A stretch of DNA of 64,000 nt. Source: an uncultured bacterium. Lineage in GTDB: Bacteria > Fidelibacterota > Marinisomatia > SCGC-AAA003-L08 > JACNLC01. A model generated the notes under the pieces. The model made no database searches. It had not been told where the DNA came from and worked only from the letters and a program-made list of their open reading frames with translations. The position numbers and the translations under genes are program-made. The number at the start of each line of letters is the position of its first letter. Positions within the stretch are counted from its first letter, which is position 1. This document shows positions 17,934 to 28,628 of the stretch, in pieces. The stretch lies in the NCBI GenBank assembly GCA_964409335.1, contig CAYPCW010000007.1:646-64645 (forward strand), in the 5' to 3' direction.

Positions 17934-18977
17934 ATGCAGGATTACCGGGATTTATATTCGGATATGGCTACAAAATTGAACGGGATCATCCCGGACATCG
18001 AACTGAAATATAAAGCGGAGCTGGTGGCAGAGATAAGACAGTTGAAACAGGAAAAAAACATGGTCATCCTGGGTCATAACTACATGGAGCCGGCCCTGTT
18101 CCATTTTGTACCTGACTATACCGGAGATTCATTGGAGATCAGTCGGAGGGCTGCTCAGGCCGATGCTGATATTATCGTATTTTGCGGTGTTAAGTTTATG
18201 GCCGAGACCGCCAAAATCCTGAATCCTGAAAAAACAGTTTTACTGCCTGCGCGCAAGGCAGGGTGTTCACTCGCCGAAAGCATTAGCGCTGATGATGTAC
18301 GCCGGCTTAGGTCAATGTACCCGGGTGTACCGGTAGTTACCTATATTAATACGTATGCGGACGTGAAAGCTGAAAGTGATATCTGTTGTACTTCTGGCAA
18401 TGCGGCAGCCGTCGTAGAATCCCTGGGTGTGGATACCGTTATCTTTATCCCCGATGAATACCTGGCAAAAAATGTGGCTCATGAAACCGGGAAACATATC
18501 ATTTTTCCATCCTTGCAGGATACCACAGCGCAAAAAGAACGGACTGATATTGATGTTCAGTTTATAGGCTGGCGAGGCAGATGTGAAGTTCACGAGTTGT
18601 TTTCAGTAGAAGATATCGGAAATATCCGCAGGCAGTTTCCGGATACAGTGATATTATCTCATCCCGAATGCAGCCCGGAGGTGGTTCAGGCTTCAGATTT
18701 CACCGGGAGTACCTCGGCGATGATCAAATTCGTGGAACAGTCCGGTGTCTCACGCTATCTTTTGTTAACAGAATGCAGTATGGCAGACAATATCGCCGTG
18801 GCTCATCCTGAAAAAGAATTACTTCGGCTATGCAGCATCAGATGTGCTCATATGAACGAGATCACGCTGGAAGAGACCAGAGACGCGATAAAATTTGAAA
18901 GATATGTCGTCGAAGTGCCTGAAAATATCCGCATCAGGGCAGCGGCGGCAGTACAGCGTATGATCGCCATTGGATGA
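17934..18977 (+). CDS. nadA: quinolinate synthase
   Basis: 347 aa with ILGHNYM, KFMAETAKIL and HPEC motifs, positioned between nadC and nadB. Confidence 0.95.
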   Translation: MQDYRDLYSDMATKLNGIIPDIELKYKAELVAEIRQLKQEKNMVILGHNYMEPALFHFVPDYTGDSLEISRRAAQADADIIVFCGVKFMAETAKILNPEKTVLLPARKAGCSLAESISADDVRRLRSMYPGVPVVTYINTYADVKAESDICCTSGNAAAVVESLGVDTVIFIPDEYLAKNVAHETGKHIIFPSLQDTTAQKERTDIDVQFIGWRGRCEVHELFSVEDIGNIRRQFPDTVILSHPECSPEVVQASDFTGSTSAMIKFVEQSGVSRYLLLTECSMADNIAVAHPEKELLRLCSIRCAHMNEITLEETRDAIKFERYVVEVPENIRIRAAAAVQRMIAIG

Positions 18978-20557
18978 TCAATGTGAGTGAATGCCTGCAA
19001 ACGGACGTATTGATCATAGGATGCGGAATCGCCGGAAGTATCGCAGCGCTGCAACTGGCAGATGAGCATATCCCGGTAACCGTAATCACGCGGGAGTATG
19101 AACCGGAAGAATCCAACACTTTTTATGCTCAGGGTGGGATCATATTTCGGGGGCAGGAGGATACTTCTGCTCTTCTGAGGAAGGACATTCTTAATGCCGG
19201 CGCAGGGTACTGTAACCCGGCGGCGGTGGATGTGCTTATTGAATCTGGTCCCGGACTGGTAAAAGAGTTATTGATCGAAAAATACGGTGTAGGATTTGAC
19301 AGGGAAAAATCCAAGGAACTTTCTATAGTACGGGAGGGGGGACATTCCATCCCGCGAATTATCCACTCTGCGGATGTTACCGGCAAACTGATCGAGCAGA
19401 CCCTGATCAACAGATTGAAAACTCATCCCGGTATCACACTTCTGACGAGTCATACAGCCATCGACCTTCTGACACCTGCACACCATTCCACAAACCGGCT
19501 TTCAATATATGAACCACATTCATGCGTAGGCGCCTATATTCTGGATCGGAGCCAAAACCGGGTGATCCGGTGTCTTTCTAAAATGGTAATAATGGCATCA
19601 GGCGGACTGGGTCAGATCTACCTTCGAACAACAAATCCCGCGGGCGCCAGAGGGGATGGTATTGCGATGGCATACCGGGCCGGCGCCAGAGTCATCAATA
19701 ACGAATTTATTCAATTTCATCCCACCGCGTTTTTCCGGCGGAACACACCTTTATTTTTAATCACCGAATCCATTCGGGGCGCAGGTGCAAAGCTGGTGCA
19801 TGCAAATGGTGAACCTTTTATGCAGAGGTATGACGAACAATGGAAAGATCTTGCCCCCCGGGATGTGGTGGCGCGAAGTATCCATGAAGAGATGCTTCTA
19901 AAAGATGTTCCCAATGTTTATCTTGATATTGCCGGTTACATTCCAGAATCGAAGATCCGAAGCGAATTCCCCGGTATCTGTCTGAATTGTTTGAAATATG
20001 GAATAGATATAACGAAGGAATTGGTACCGGTTGTACCGGCTGCTCATTACAATTGCGGCGGTATCTGGGTGGATATTAACGGACAAACTACCGTTAATCA
20101 TTTATATGCCATTGGGGAAGTTTCATGCACGGGTGTCCATGGCGCCAACCGCCTTGCCAGCACATCTCTACTGGAAGGACTCGTGTGGGCTTATCGGACG
20201 GCGCGTCATATTTCGTCCCGTTCAATCACAAGTCAACCCCATCCCTCCCCATCAGAAATTCCACCGTGGCATGAAGACAGCCTGGAAATACCCGACCCCG
20301 CATTGATCAGTCAGGATCTAAGTTATATCAAGAACATCATGTGGAATTATGTGGGATTGGCACGTACTACCAACCGGCTGGAACGGGCGTTAAGGGAATT
20401 ACGGAATTTGGAAACTGAAATCGAAATATTCTACCGGATGTCCATGGTTACAGATAGCCTGATCGGATTACGCAATGGTGTGCGGACTTCCATTATCGTT
20501 GCCTTAGCCGCCTGGGAGAATAAAAACAGTATTGGTTGTCATTTCCGACAGGATTGA
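18974..20557 (+). CDS. nadB: L-aspartate oxidase
   Basis: FAD motif DVLIIGCGIAGS, HPTA, and GEVSCTGVHGANRLASTSLLE. A 4-bp ATGA overlap with nadA. Confidence 0.95.
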   Translation: MINVSECLQTDVLIIGCGIAGSIAALQLADEHIPVTVITREYEPEESNTFYAQGGIIFRGQEDTSALLRKDILNAGAGYCNPAAVDVLIESGPGLVKELLIEKYGVGFDREKSKELSIVREGGHSIPRIIHSADVTGKLIEQTLINRLKTHPGITLLTSHTAIDLLTPAHHSTNRLSIYEPHSCVGAYILDRSQNRVIRCLSKMVIMASGGLGQIYLRTTNPAGARGDGIAMAYRAGARVINNEFIQFHPTAFFRRNTPLFLITESIRGAGAKLVHANGEPFMQRYDEQWKDLAPRDVVARSIHEEMLLKDVPNVYLDIAGYIPESKIRSEFPGICLNCLKYGIDITKELVPVVPAAHYNCGGIWVDINGQTTVNHLYAIGEVSCTGVHGANRLASTSLLEGLVWAYRTARHISSRSITSQPHPSPSEIPPWHEDSLEIPDPALISQDLSYIKNIMWNYVGLARTTNRLERALRELRNLETEIEIFYRMSMVTDSLIGLRNGVRTSIIVALAAWENKNSIGCHFRQD

Positions 20558-20561
20558 CAAT

Positions 20562-20593
20562 AAAAAAAGCCCGGCAACTGCCGGGCTTTTTTT
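20562..20593. terminator. bidirectional rho-independent terminator
   Basis: AAAAAAAGCCCGGCAACTGCCGGGCTTTTTTT between convergent nadB and the TonB-dependent receptor. Confidence 0.85.
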
Positions 20594-20618
20594 ATGTTCC
20601 TTTTTATAAAGGATCGAT

Positions 20619-23444
20619 TTAAAAATCGAAGTTTAAACCTATATTGAATGACCGGGGAGTACCCAAAAAGACTTCAGCGTCGTCAGCCTTATGGTTTTTG
20701 CCGTCGTCGGCGGGGTCGTCGGGGTCGGCGTCGCCGGTATATGCGTTATAATTACTGTTATCCGTGGCATCCTGAATATAGGTTTCATCCAGGGCATTAA
20801 AGATATGGAAGAATGCCTGAACTTTTACATTCCCCAGGTCAACCGGCAGGTTGTAATATCCGTGAAGGTCGATTTTCATATAGCTGGGGGTTTTCCAGTT
20901 TTGATCTCTGTCAGCAATTTCAACCCCGTCATCGTAGGTGACTTCACGGTTTTCAGGTTCCCAGTTGGCGTAGTGATTGCTATAGATGTTCAAAACACCC
21001 TGAAGGGTCAGGCCATCCACAGGGAATACGGAAGCGGATAAGGCGACAATCGTCTGGGGCATATCACCTACTTTCAATCCATTGACTGCATATTTATAAT
21101 CTTCGCTGGCACCGGTTTCATAGTTCTTATAGGTTCCGAAAGCATCATCTGTGAATTTCCAGTTGCCTATAGAGAGTGCGGCATCCAGGCGAACCATGTC
21201 CATAGGTTGATATGCGGCTTCGATTTCAAATCCGTTGTGTTGTTGATTTAATCCGGTTAGGAAGATAATGTCGGAATCACCACTGGATCCGGCGCCGGTA
21301 TTTACGGTCCGGGTTAGTGTCCGGTTTTCCCATGTGGTGAAGTACGCATTGATCTTTGCGGACAGTATACCATTCATTGCACGGTAATTCAACCCGAATT
21401 CAGTGCTGATGAATTTTTCATTTTTGGGATTTGTGGAAACAGTCGCATTGATGTCATCAATCGCATTATCAAAAATTGGCACTTTTTCAACGTTCCCGAA
21501 GTTCCCGAAAATGTCAACTTCATCATTCAGACGATATAATCCGCCACCTTTATACTGAATGCTGGTGAACCAGTCAGACAGTAGTAACAATTCACCTTTA
21601 TCCGTGGCGAGCGAACCAGAATAGTTCATGGCTTTTTTGAAATGGTCAACCAGACTGTATTGAATCATGGAGTACCCTCCCATTCCATACAGAGAATACA
21701 TATCTGTTTTGTATTCTGCCTGCCCAAAGAAACCTAACCAATCGACGGTATTCGTATTAAAATAATTGATATTATCCCCACGGATTACTTTTGCATCGTC
21801 AGCGCTTTCGTCAAATTCGTTGTACAATTTACTATAAGAAGCTGATGCCGTATTATATTTTCCATTCACTGCATAGTCTCCGCCAAGAAGGTCTCTAACC
21901 TCACGGGTATGTTCAATTTCAGCCGTTCGCCAATCTATGCCTGCCTGAAATTTTAACTCATTGCTGTAGTCATAATTTATTTTTGAGATAGCGCCCAAGG
22001 TCCACTGGCGATTAATACTGTTCCGTAAGAAACCCACAGACTGTCCTGCTTCTTTTGGATTACCATACCGGTTCAATGTGTCCATATTCGTTGCAATTGT
22101 TGCATTCCAGTTCGCCCTTCTGGAGGGACCACTATAATCCCATTGCATGTCAGCGAATGTTCCGGTACCGCCTCCTGAGCCCCCGGAGAAATAGAAGATG
22201 GAGGATAGACGGGTCTTCTCATCCAGCGTCCAGTACCAGTTCAGATTCACCTGAGGTTTGTGGAAGTAATTTTCGATCTCGTTCAGATAATTGGGATTAT
22301 GCCGACTTTTCATATTTTTACCGTACATGTAGAAATATTCCTGACCATTATAATCCGGATCGATCACATTCCAGTTTTCATTGTAGAGCTGACCAGAGCT
22401 GGACTGAGTGTATGCATCAATACCACCAGGATCATAGTCGCTCAGGCTTCGTGCGTAAGAGCTGTCATAAGCAGCAATATTTTGCTTATATCGATTCTGC
22501 CCGTGACGTTGGGGTGCGCCCAGGGCATATAATTCAAAACGGTGCTTTTCACTGTGTGCATAGCTGGCGCCCAGGTAATATGCCCATGCATCCGTCCATG
22601 TTTTATCGATGATACCGTCGCCCACTTTTCGGACGACCGTTCCGCTGAAAGCCCATTTGTCACCTATTAAACCCGAATGGTATGACAGAGTAGATTTTGT
22701 GAAATTACCTTCGCCGACTTCCTGCTTGAACTTCCCCCCCCGATCATGTCCTGAAGGGTCGGTGATAATATTCATTGTACCCCCGATTGAGGGCGTTGCC
22801 AGATTAACAGCGCTTAACCCTCTTTGCATCTGGATAGAGGATGTAGCGTCCGCCACACCATCCCAGTTGGACCAATAGACCCAGCCGTTTTCCATATCAT
22901 TTACGGGTACACCATTGATCATAATTGCCACGTTTCGTTGATTAAATCCACGGACATTTACTCTTGCATCACCGGCGCCACCCCCCTGGAGGGTTGCGTA
23001 TACACTCGGTGTCGTGTTCAGTATCATGGGAATATCCTGTGAACCCAGTCTTAACTCAATATCAGACTTTTCTATGTTACTGTACGCAACAGGAGTCGTT
23101 CGGGTTGCACGGGATGCAAGAACTTCCAGCGCATTCAGATGTAGGGCTGATGAAGATAACTCAAAGGTCAGGTTAACCATTCCACTAACCGTAACGGTTT
23201 TACTCATTTTTTTATAACCGATCATAGATGCAGTTATGGTAACTGTTCCATTGGGAACATTGGTGATGTGATACATTCCGTTTGCATCAGCAGCAGCGCC
23301 GAGACCGGTGCCATCCACCATGACGTTTGCGCCTGCCAATTCTTTTCCGGATGATGCATCTGTCACTTTACCGGTAATAGTACCGGCAAACAGACCTGTC
23401 ATGACAAGGGCAACAACCAGAATTTTATTTAGGAATTTGTTCAT
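20619..23444 (-). CDS. TonB-dependent outer-membrane receptor with an N-terminal CarboxypepD_reg-like domain
   Basis: Signal peptide. GTITGKVTD...GANVMVDG...ANGMYHITNVPNG is the CarboxypepD_reg pattern. Plug motif VNVRGFNQRNVAIMINGVPVND, a long beta-barrel, and a terminal ...NIGLNFDF. Confidence 0.92.
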   Translation of the reverse strand: MNKFLNKILVVALVMTGLFAGTITGKVTDASSGKELAGANVMVDGTGLGAAADANGMYHITNVPNGTVTITASMIGYKKMSKTVTVSGMVNLTFELSSSALHLNALEVLASRATRTTPVAYSNIEKSDIELRLGSQDIPMILNTTPSVYATLQGGGAGDARVNVRGFNQRNVAIMINGVPVNDMENGWVYWSNWDGVADATSSIQMQRGLSAVNLATPSIGGTMNIITDPSGHDRGGKFKQEVGEGNFTKSTLSYHSGLIGDKWAFSGTVVRKVGDGIIDKTWTDAWAYYLGASYAHSEKHRFELYALGAPQRHGQNRYKQNIAAYDSSYARSLSDYDPGGIDAYTQSSSGQLYNENWNVIDPDYNGQEYFYMYGKNMKSRHNPNYLNEIENYFHKPQVNLNWYWTLDEKTRLSSIFYFSGGSGGGTGTFADMQWDYSGPSRRANWNATIATNMDTLNRYGNPKEAGQSVGFLRNSINRQWTLGAISKINYDYSNELKFQAGIDWRTAEIEHTREVRDLLGGDYAVNGKYNTASASYSKLYNEFDESADDAKVIRGDNINYFNTNTVDWLGFFGQAEYKTDMYSLYGMGGYSMIQYSLVDHFKKAMNYSGSLATDKGELLLLSDWFTSIQYKGGGLYRLNDEVDIFGNFGNVEKVPIFDNAIDDINATVSTNPKNEKFISTEFGLNYRAMNGILSAKINAYFTTWENRTLTRTVNTGAGSSGDSDIIFLTGLNQQHNGFEIEAAYQPMDMVRLDAALSIGNWKFTDDAFGTYKNYETGASEDYKYAVNGLKVGDMPQTIVALSASVFPVDGLTLQGVLNIYSNHYANWEPENREVTYDDGVEIADRDQNWKTPSYMKIDLHGYYNLPVDLGNVKVQAFFHIFNALDETYIQDATDNSNYNAYTGDADPDDPADDGKNHKADDAEVFLGTPRSFNIGLNFDF

Positions 23445-23547
23445 TTATCTCCTCCGATGTTATTTAGTTGAATTGAAAATTGTTGAGATGAGAGTAGGAT
23501 TTTGAAAATAATCTTCCCGCATTTGTTACATTTTATCACAAAATCCG

Positions 23548-23561
23548 TCATGATTATCATG
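23548..23561 (-). promoter_or_regulatory. Fur-box-like site upstream of the TonB-dependent receptor
   Basis: The minus strand reads CACATGATAATCATGACG. The 11-mer ATGATAATCAT is identical to the core of the classical Fur box GATAATGATAATCATTATC (12/19 overall). It lies about 105 bp upstream of the receptor start. Confidence 0.35.
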
Positions 23562-23878
23562 TGTGAAATTATCGGTTTCTATCGTAAACCTGCAAAGAAA
23601 TATTTATAATTGGAAAATCTTATCCGGTCTGTTTTTTATTTATCAGTTTTATCATAAAAAGTTTTGTTTTTAACATTTTATTTCAGACTTAAAAGATGAC
23701 TCTGTCTTAATTCAAGCTCCTGAAATCCGACCGATTATATTTTTTATGTTCAGACCGGATAAATATTTTAACTTATTTTTCAGATTACCGAATTTTAGAC
23801 ATTTCTTTCTCTGAATCACCTTTGGAAATACGGGATAAACCCGGGTTAAAAAGTCCTCGCCGGGGATGTCCTGAGTGA

Positions 23879-24715
23879 TTAATACAGCTTGATACTCCAA
23901 ATGACCGCCAGGCCCGTTAACGTACAGAATTTTAAAACCATCGATACGGTACTGCACCGCAATGCAGTCATTTTTTTAGATAACCACCCCAGACTCAACA
24001 GGAGTGGTAATTCAACGCCGCAAACTAATAATCCATAGTAGACGTACCCAAACCTGCCCATGAAATACGGAACAACAGCATACATGCACAGAATAACGGT
24101 GGCCGCGATCAGGACATAATAGGACGTTACCATTCCGTATCTCACGGGAAAGGTTTTGATCCTCAGCTTTCCATCACCGGCGATATCCTCCATATCTTTC
24201 ACCAGTTCACGGATAAATGTCAAACCAAAGGCGAGTCCGGCGGGGAACCACATCTTGTCTGCCCGTCCCATGAGGGCAATCTCTGAGAAAATAAAAACAG
24301 TTCCCAGCAAAGCGGCGACGACGGCATTCCCAGTCAGGGGAATTTTTTTGAATATTGGAGTATATAATAATAGTGTCGGCAAGATTACTATCAACGCCAG
24401 GTTCCGCGCTGCCGGGTTTAGCCACAGGCAACCGCATCCGCCAAGGAGAAAAAGTACCGTTGCATAACCGATGGCCGCGGACCGTGAGATCCTCCCCGAT
24501 ACCATTGGGCGCTCCGGACGATTAATTTTATCGATGGGCAGATCGAAAATATCATTCATGATATTCCCGGCGGCGGTGAAGGCGGCGATCACCCCGCCTG
24601 CCATGATTAGCGTCAGGGTGATTGAAAGCCGGTGGATGATATCGGCGGTGATCAACAGGGAAAAGACCGCGAAGGTCACATTTAATGGCCGGATAATGAT
24701 CCAATAGGCGCGCAT
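23879..24715 (-). CDS. UbiA-family aromatic/isoprenoid prenyltransferase (DGGGP-synthase-like)
   Basis: Asp-rich motifs NIMNDIFDLPIDKINRPERPMVSG and KDMEDIAGD with 8-9 TM helices. Confidence 0.85.
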   Translation of the reverse strand: MRAYWIIIRPLNVTFAVFSLLITADIIHRLSITLTLIMAGGVIAAFTAAGNIMNDIFDLPIDKINRPERPMVSGRISRSAAIGYATVLFLLGGCGCLWLNPAARNLALIVILPTLLLYTPIFKKIPLTGNAVVAALLGTVFIFSEIALMGRADKMWFPAGLAFGLTFIRELVKDMEDIAGDGKLRIKTFPVRYGMVTSYYVLIAATVILCMYAVVPYFMGRFGYVYYGLLVCGVELPLLLSLGWLSKKMTALRCSTVSMVLKFCTLTGLAVIWSIKLY

Positions 24716-24722
24716 CTGGCAG

Positions 24723-25586
24723 TCAGTCTGTCTTTGGCGTGATCACCGCGACTCTCGGGTCGTGTTGAAGATCGTCATGAAATGAAATCAGATAATCCGC
24801 CGCAGTAAACAGGCTCCCGATAATTTCCCGTTGGTGAGATCCCCCGATCTCCAACACAATCACTCCGCCGGGACGTAACAGCCTGTGACCGGTATCCGCA
24901 AACCGACGGTAAAAGGAAACTCCGTCGCTATGGTCAGTGAGCGCCTCCAGGGGGTCGTACTTTACCACGACCGGATCAAGTCCGGCAATTTCATCCTTCC
25001 CTACATATGGAGGATTTGAAACGACCACATCAAATTTCGAAGAAATCGGGTCTTTGAGAAAATCATGCCGCCTGAATGAGATATTCTCCGCTTCCAGGCG
25101 GGCAGCATTTTCACGGGCGATCTCCAGCGCCTCTTTTGAAATATCAGTAGCGATGACATGGTCGGCAAGATTTTCTTTGATCAGCGTAACAGCGATGCAT
25201 CCACTGCCTGTACCAACTTCTAAAACATCTGAGCGTCCGCCCCGCTGTTTCAGGACATCAATGATCACTTCTGTCTCCGGCCGGGGAATGAGGACGTTGG
25301 AGTTCACGGTAAAATCTCGTCCATAAAATGGCGCTTTACCAATAATATGCTGAAATGGCTCACCGGATAACCGCCGTTGAAAGAAAGATTTAAACAGGCG
25401 GAGGTCCTTCTCAAATACCGGCTTTTCAAATTCAAGATAGAGATCGATCCGCCGGCAATTCAGGATATGGCACAACAGCCATTCCACCTCCCGGCGCGCA
25501 TTCGAGACAGCCTTCGATTTGAAGTATGATTCTCCCCAATTGATCAAATCGATCACCCGCCATATTTTGGTTTGATTCTGGATCAT
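24723..25586 (-). CDS. prmC: release-factor glutamine N5-methyltransferase
   Basis: VLEVGTGSGCIA SAM motif and the VVSNPPYV (NPPY) motif, located downstream of prfA. Confidence 0.92.
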   Translation of the reverse strand: MIQNQTKIWRVIDLINWGESYFKSKAVSNARREVEWLLCHILNCRRIDLYLEFEKPVFEKDLRLFKSFFQRRLSGEPFQHIIGKAPFYGRDFTVNSNVLIPRPETEVIIDVLKQRGGRSDVLEVGTGSGCIAVTLIKENLADHVIATDISKEALEIARENAARLEAENISFRRHDFLKDPISSKFDVVVSNPPYVGKDEIAGLDPVVVKYDPLEALTDHSDGVSFYRRFADTGHRLLRPGGVIVLEIGGSHQREIIGSLFTAADYLISFHDDLQHDPRVAVITPKTD

Positions 25587-25766
25587 TTTTCCGATGATGA
25601 AATGAATTTATGGGTACAAATTTATGATATTCATGTCCAGCGGTCGTATGCTTTAATCGGGATAAGACTCAGCGGGTAAATGGGCAGGTTGTTGGAGCGG
25701 AGGGAAGACCTCCGGTAAAATTCGAGAGACACCACGGCATGGGCGATCTGCCTGAACTCATCGCAG

Positions 25767-26828
25767 TTATGTTTCTCCCAATTTGATTTTCAGATCAGCG
25801 ATTTTCATCGCTTCAATCAATTCTGCCAGGTCGCCTTCGATGATATTGTTCAATCTGTAAAGGGTCAGGTTGATACGGTGATCTGTGACCCTGCCCTGAG
25901 GAAAATTATATGTTCGTATTTTGGCGCTTCGGTCACCGGTAGAGACCATGGATTTTCGTTCTTCCGCCCGTTCTTTATGAAGTTTTTTCTGTTCCAGTTC
26001 ATACAGACGTGACCGCAGGACTTTCATCGCCTTATCCCGATTTTTATGTTGAGAGGTTTCATCCTGACAGGTGACAACCAACCCCGTGGGCAAGTGGGTG
26101 ATCCGGATGGCGGATTCCGTCTTATTCACGTGCTGACCTCCTGCGCCGGATGACCGGTACGTGTCCACTTTCAGTTCGGATTCCACAATTTGAACGTCCA
26201 CTTCTTCAGCCTCCGGTAGAACCGCTACGGTGGCGGCGCTGGTGTGTAACCGGCCACTGGATTCTGTAGCAGGGACCCGCTGTACCCGATGGACGCCACT
26301 TTCAAATTTCAGATCGCCATATGCGCCGTTTCCTGTGACGCTGACCACCGCTTCCTTGATGCCGCCGGTTTCAGATTCATTCATCGTCATGATTTCGGTT
26401 TTCCAATTCATCCGTTCGGCATACCGCATATACATCCGATAAAGATCGCCGGCAAACAACGCCGCCTCTTCTCCGCCGGTACCGCTGCGAATCTCAAGGA
26501 TCGTATTTTTATCATCATCCGGGTCTTTGGGGATAAGTAAAATCTTCAGTTCCTCTTCCAGCCTGATGACCTTTTCCTTCAGGTCCTCCAACTCATCCTG
26601 GACAATCGATTTGAGTTCGTCGTCGTTCCCGGACAATATTTGCCCGAATTCCTCCAGTTGTTCTGTTGTTTTCAGGTATTCGAGACTTTTTTCTGCCAGG
26701 TGATCCAAATTCCGGTGTTCACGGGAAAGCCGGGTATATTCTTTTACATCGGAAACGATATTGGAATCGGAGAGCCGTTGGTTGAGTTCCTGGAATCTCC
26801 GGAGGATCTCTTTCAGTTTGTCAATCAT
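25767..26828 (-). CDS. prfA: peptide chain release factor 1
   Basis: GGQ motif ([19 protein letters not shown]) and the RF1-specific PxT tripeptide ([10 protein letters not shown]). Confidence 0.97.
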   Translation of the reverse strand: MIDKLKEILRRFQELNQRLSDSNIVSDVKEYTRLSREHRNLDHLAEKSLEYLKTTEQLEEFGQILSGNDDELKSIVQDELEDLKEKVIRLEEELKILLIPKDPDDDKNTILEIRSGTGGEEAALFAGDLYRMYMRYAERMNWKTEIMTMNESETGGIKEAVVSVTGNGAYGDLKFESGVHRVQRVPATESSGRLHTSAATVAVLPEAEEVDVQIVESELKVDTYRSSGAGGQHVNKTESAIRITHLPTGLVVTCQDETSQHKNRDKAMKVLRSRLYELEQKKLHKERAEERKSMVSTGDRSAKIRTYNFPQGRVTDHRINLTLYRLNNIIEGDLAELIEAMKIADLKIKLGET

Positions 26829-27805
26829 TATCCGATGGCCTCTGCTTCATACTTTTGTCCCATATAATGGAGCAGCGTATCCCCAAATGCGGACTTGAGT
26901 GAAACGATGGCGACTTCCAGTTGAGTATCATCCGGCGGTTTTGTGGTGATATTCTGCAGCCACATCCCGGGTTGAGCAAATGCCCGAAAGACAGGATTTC
27001 CCCGATGTTTCGCCGTCAGCTTCAGCACTTCATACCCCAAACTTGCGACAATGGGGATTAACGGTAAATGTACGATCAGCCTTTTCCAGACCGTCAGATC
27101 ACCGATAAACCGAATGAACACCGTATCAATCACGGCAAAAAACAGGATCGCGACAATCATGATAATGAAAATAAAACTCGTCCCGCATCTGGGGTGCTGT
27201 GTCGGAAATTTCCGGGCGTTTTCCACATCCAGCGGACCCCCACTTTCAAAGGCATACACGGTTTTGTGTTCTGCACCGTGGTACTGGAATAATCGCTTCA
27301 CATCCTTCATCATCGATATGGCTGTGAGGTACGCCAGAAATATGGTAATGCGAAAAATTCCCGATAAAATATTGAATAAAAACGGTTCGTTATTTTTATC
27401 GAACAACCAACTGGTGATTCCAATGGGGGCGATGAAGAATAATCCCACCGCAAGAACCAACGCTACCAAAGATGACAGGGATTCCCAAAATTTGTTTTTA
27501 TCCTTCGGCTTTTCACCTTCAGGAATGGCGATATCCGCAGACCATGTCAGGGTCTTAATGCCGATCTTCATGGCTTCAAACAGGGATACAATCCCCCGGA
27601 CCAATGGTAATTTCAGCGACGGGTACTGCTCGGTGAGGGATACGAATTCATGCCGGTCTGTTTGAATTTCACCTTTGGGATTTCTGACCGCTGTAGAATA
27701 GGCTCCGGGAACCCTCATCATGACACCCTCAATGACTGCCTGCCCGCCGACTAAAATCGAGGATTTGGACAGAATAACGGTGATCAATCGGTAATTAAAT
27801 TTCAT
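26828..27805 (-). CDS. DUF1385 membrane protein (prfA/prmC-linked)
   Basis: [14 protein letters not shown] and YHGAEHK motifs with 4-5 TM helices. Its stop overlaps the prfA start by 1 nt. Confidence 0.85.
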   Translation of the reverse strand: MKFNYRLITVILSKSSILVGGQAVIEGVMMRVPGAYSTAVRNPKGEIQTDRHEFVSLTEQYPSLKLPLVRGIVSLFEAMKIGIKTLTWSADIAIPEGEKPKDKNKFWESLSSLVALVLAVGLFFIAPIGITSWLFDKNNEPFLFNILSGIFRITIFLAYLTAISMMKDVKRLFQYHGAEHKTVYAFESGGPLDVENARKFPTQHPRCGTSFIFIIMIVAILFFAVIDTVFIRFIGDLTVWKRLIVHLPLIPIVASLGYEVLKLTAKHRGNPVFRAFAQPGMWLQNITTKPPDDTQLEVAIVSLKSAFGDTLLHYMGQKYEAEAIG

Positions 27806-27817
27806 CGGGATAAAAGA

Positions 27818-27853
27818 AAAGGCGGACTTATCGAAAATAAGCGCCGCCTTTTC
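27818..27853 (-). terminator. rho-independent terminator after rpmE
   Basis: AAAGGCGGaCTTAT-cgaaa-ATAAGcgCCGCCTTT hairpin, followed on the minus strand by a U-rich tract. Confidence 0.6.
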
Positions 27854-27868
27854 CTAAGAGGTGGTTGA

Positions 27869-28084
27869 TTATAAATCTTTTTGATTGAGATTATATTTTT
27901 TCATGTATTTTTCAATACGACCGGCGGTGTCCACCAGATTTTGCTTGCCTGTAAAATAGGGATGACATGAATTGCAGATTTCCACATTCATCTTATCAAC
28001 GGTCATCCTTACCTGGAATTCGTTCCCACATGCACAGTGGACTGTCCCCAGTTTATATTCAGGATGTATGTCTTTTTTCATCAT
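27869..28084 (-). CDS. rpmE: 50S ribosomal protein L31 (Zn-ribbon form)
   Basis: MKKDIHPEY start. Cys pairs CAC...CNSC. 71 aa. Confidence 0.95.
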   Translation of the reverse strand: MMKKDIHPEYKLGTVHCACGNEFQVRMTVDKMNVEICNSCHPYFTGKQNLVDTAGRIEKYMKKYNLNQKDL

Positions 28085-28628
28085 TTGTCTCCGATTTAAG
28101 CCTGTAAATTTATATCAATCACCCTGACTTTAAAAATGATTCTGTAAAATTTGAATGTGCTTACGGATTCATTTGATGATGCATCATCCGTTCGTCGTAA
28201 AGTAAATATTGTTCAAACGGATCGATGGGATAGTTGTCCATTTATAACTTTCTGTACTGCGGGGTACGACGTTATGAATATTACAAACGCAGTCACACTG
28301 CGAATGGTCAGGGGTACTTCCCGCAGCTTATCGGGCATGTTTTGCACGATGTGAATTTTACTTCGGGCAGGGATGCTCCGTGCATCAGGAAATTCCAATA
28401 AATAACAGGAAGATAGAGATAATATTTTTTTGGGATTCCTCTAATCTATAATGATTAATGAGAGATTAAAGAGAAGAATTATAAGTCCAAAATTTGACCC
28501 TGATAATAAAATTGAATCAGAACCTACGGATAGTACGAATAGAGACTTGAATATTGCTGCAGGGATATTGTTTTATGCCAGTTCCCATCCAACGTATTGT
28601 GCGATTAACGAGAAAAACAGGTATTGGT

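Noticed and set aside
22055-22612. 185-aa plus-strand ORF, plus several 60-116-aa ORFs inside 20619-23444
   Set aside because: All lie antisense to, or out of frame within, the TonB-dependent receptor, whose plug, barrel and C-terminal Phe are intact.
27051-27665. 204-aa plus-strand ORF
   Set aside because: Antisense to the DUF1385 gene, which carries its family motifs (YHGAEHK). No motifs or start-site signals support the antisense frame.
28256-28325. Possible SRP (4.5S) RNA because of GGTCAGG...CCCGCAGC
   Set aside because: The conserved SRP domain-IV elements (GGAA tetraloop context, AGCA/GGAAG symmetric-loop motifs) are absent on either strand. I kept it only as a generic structured region.
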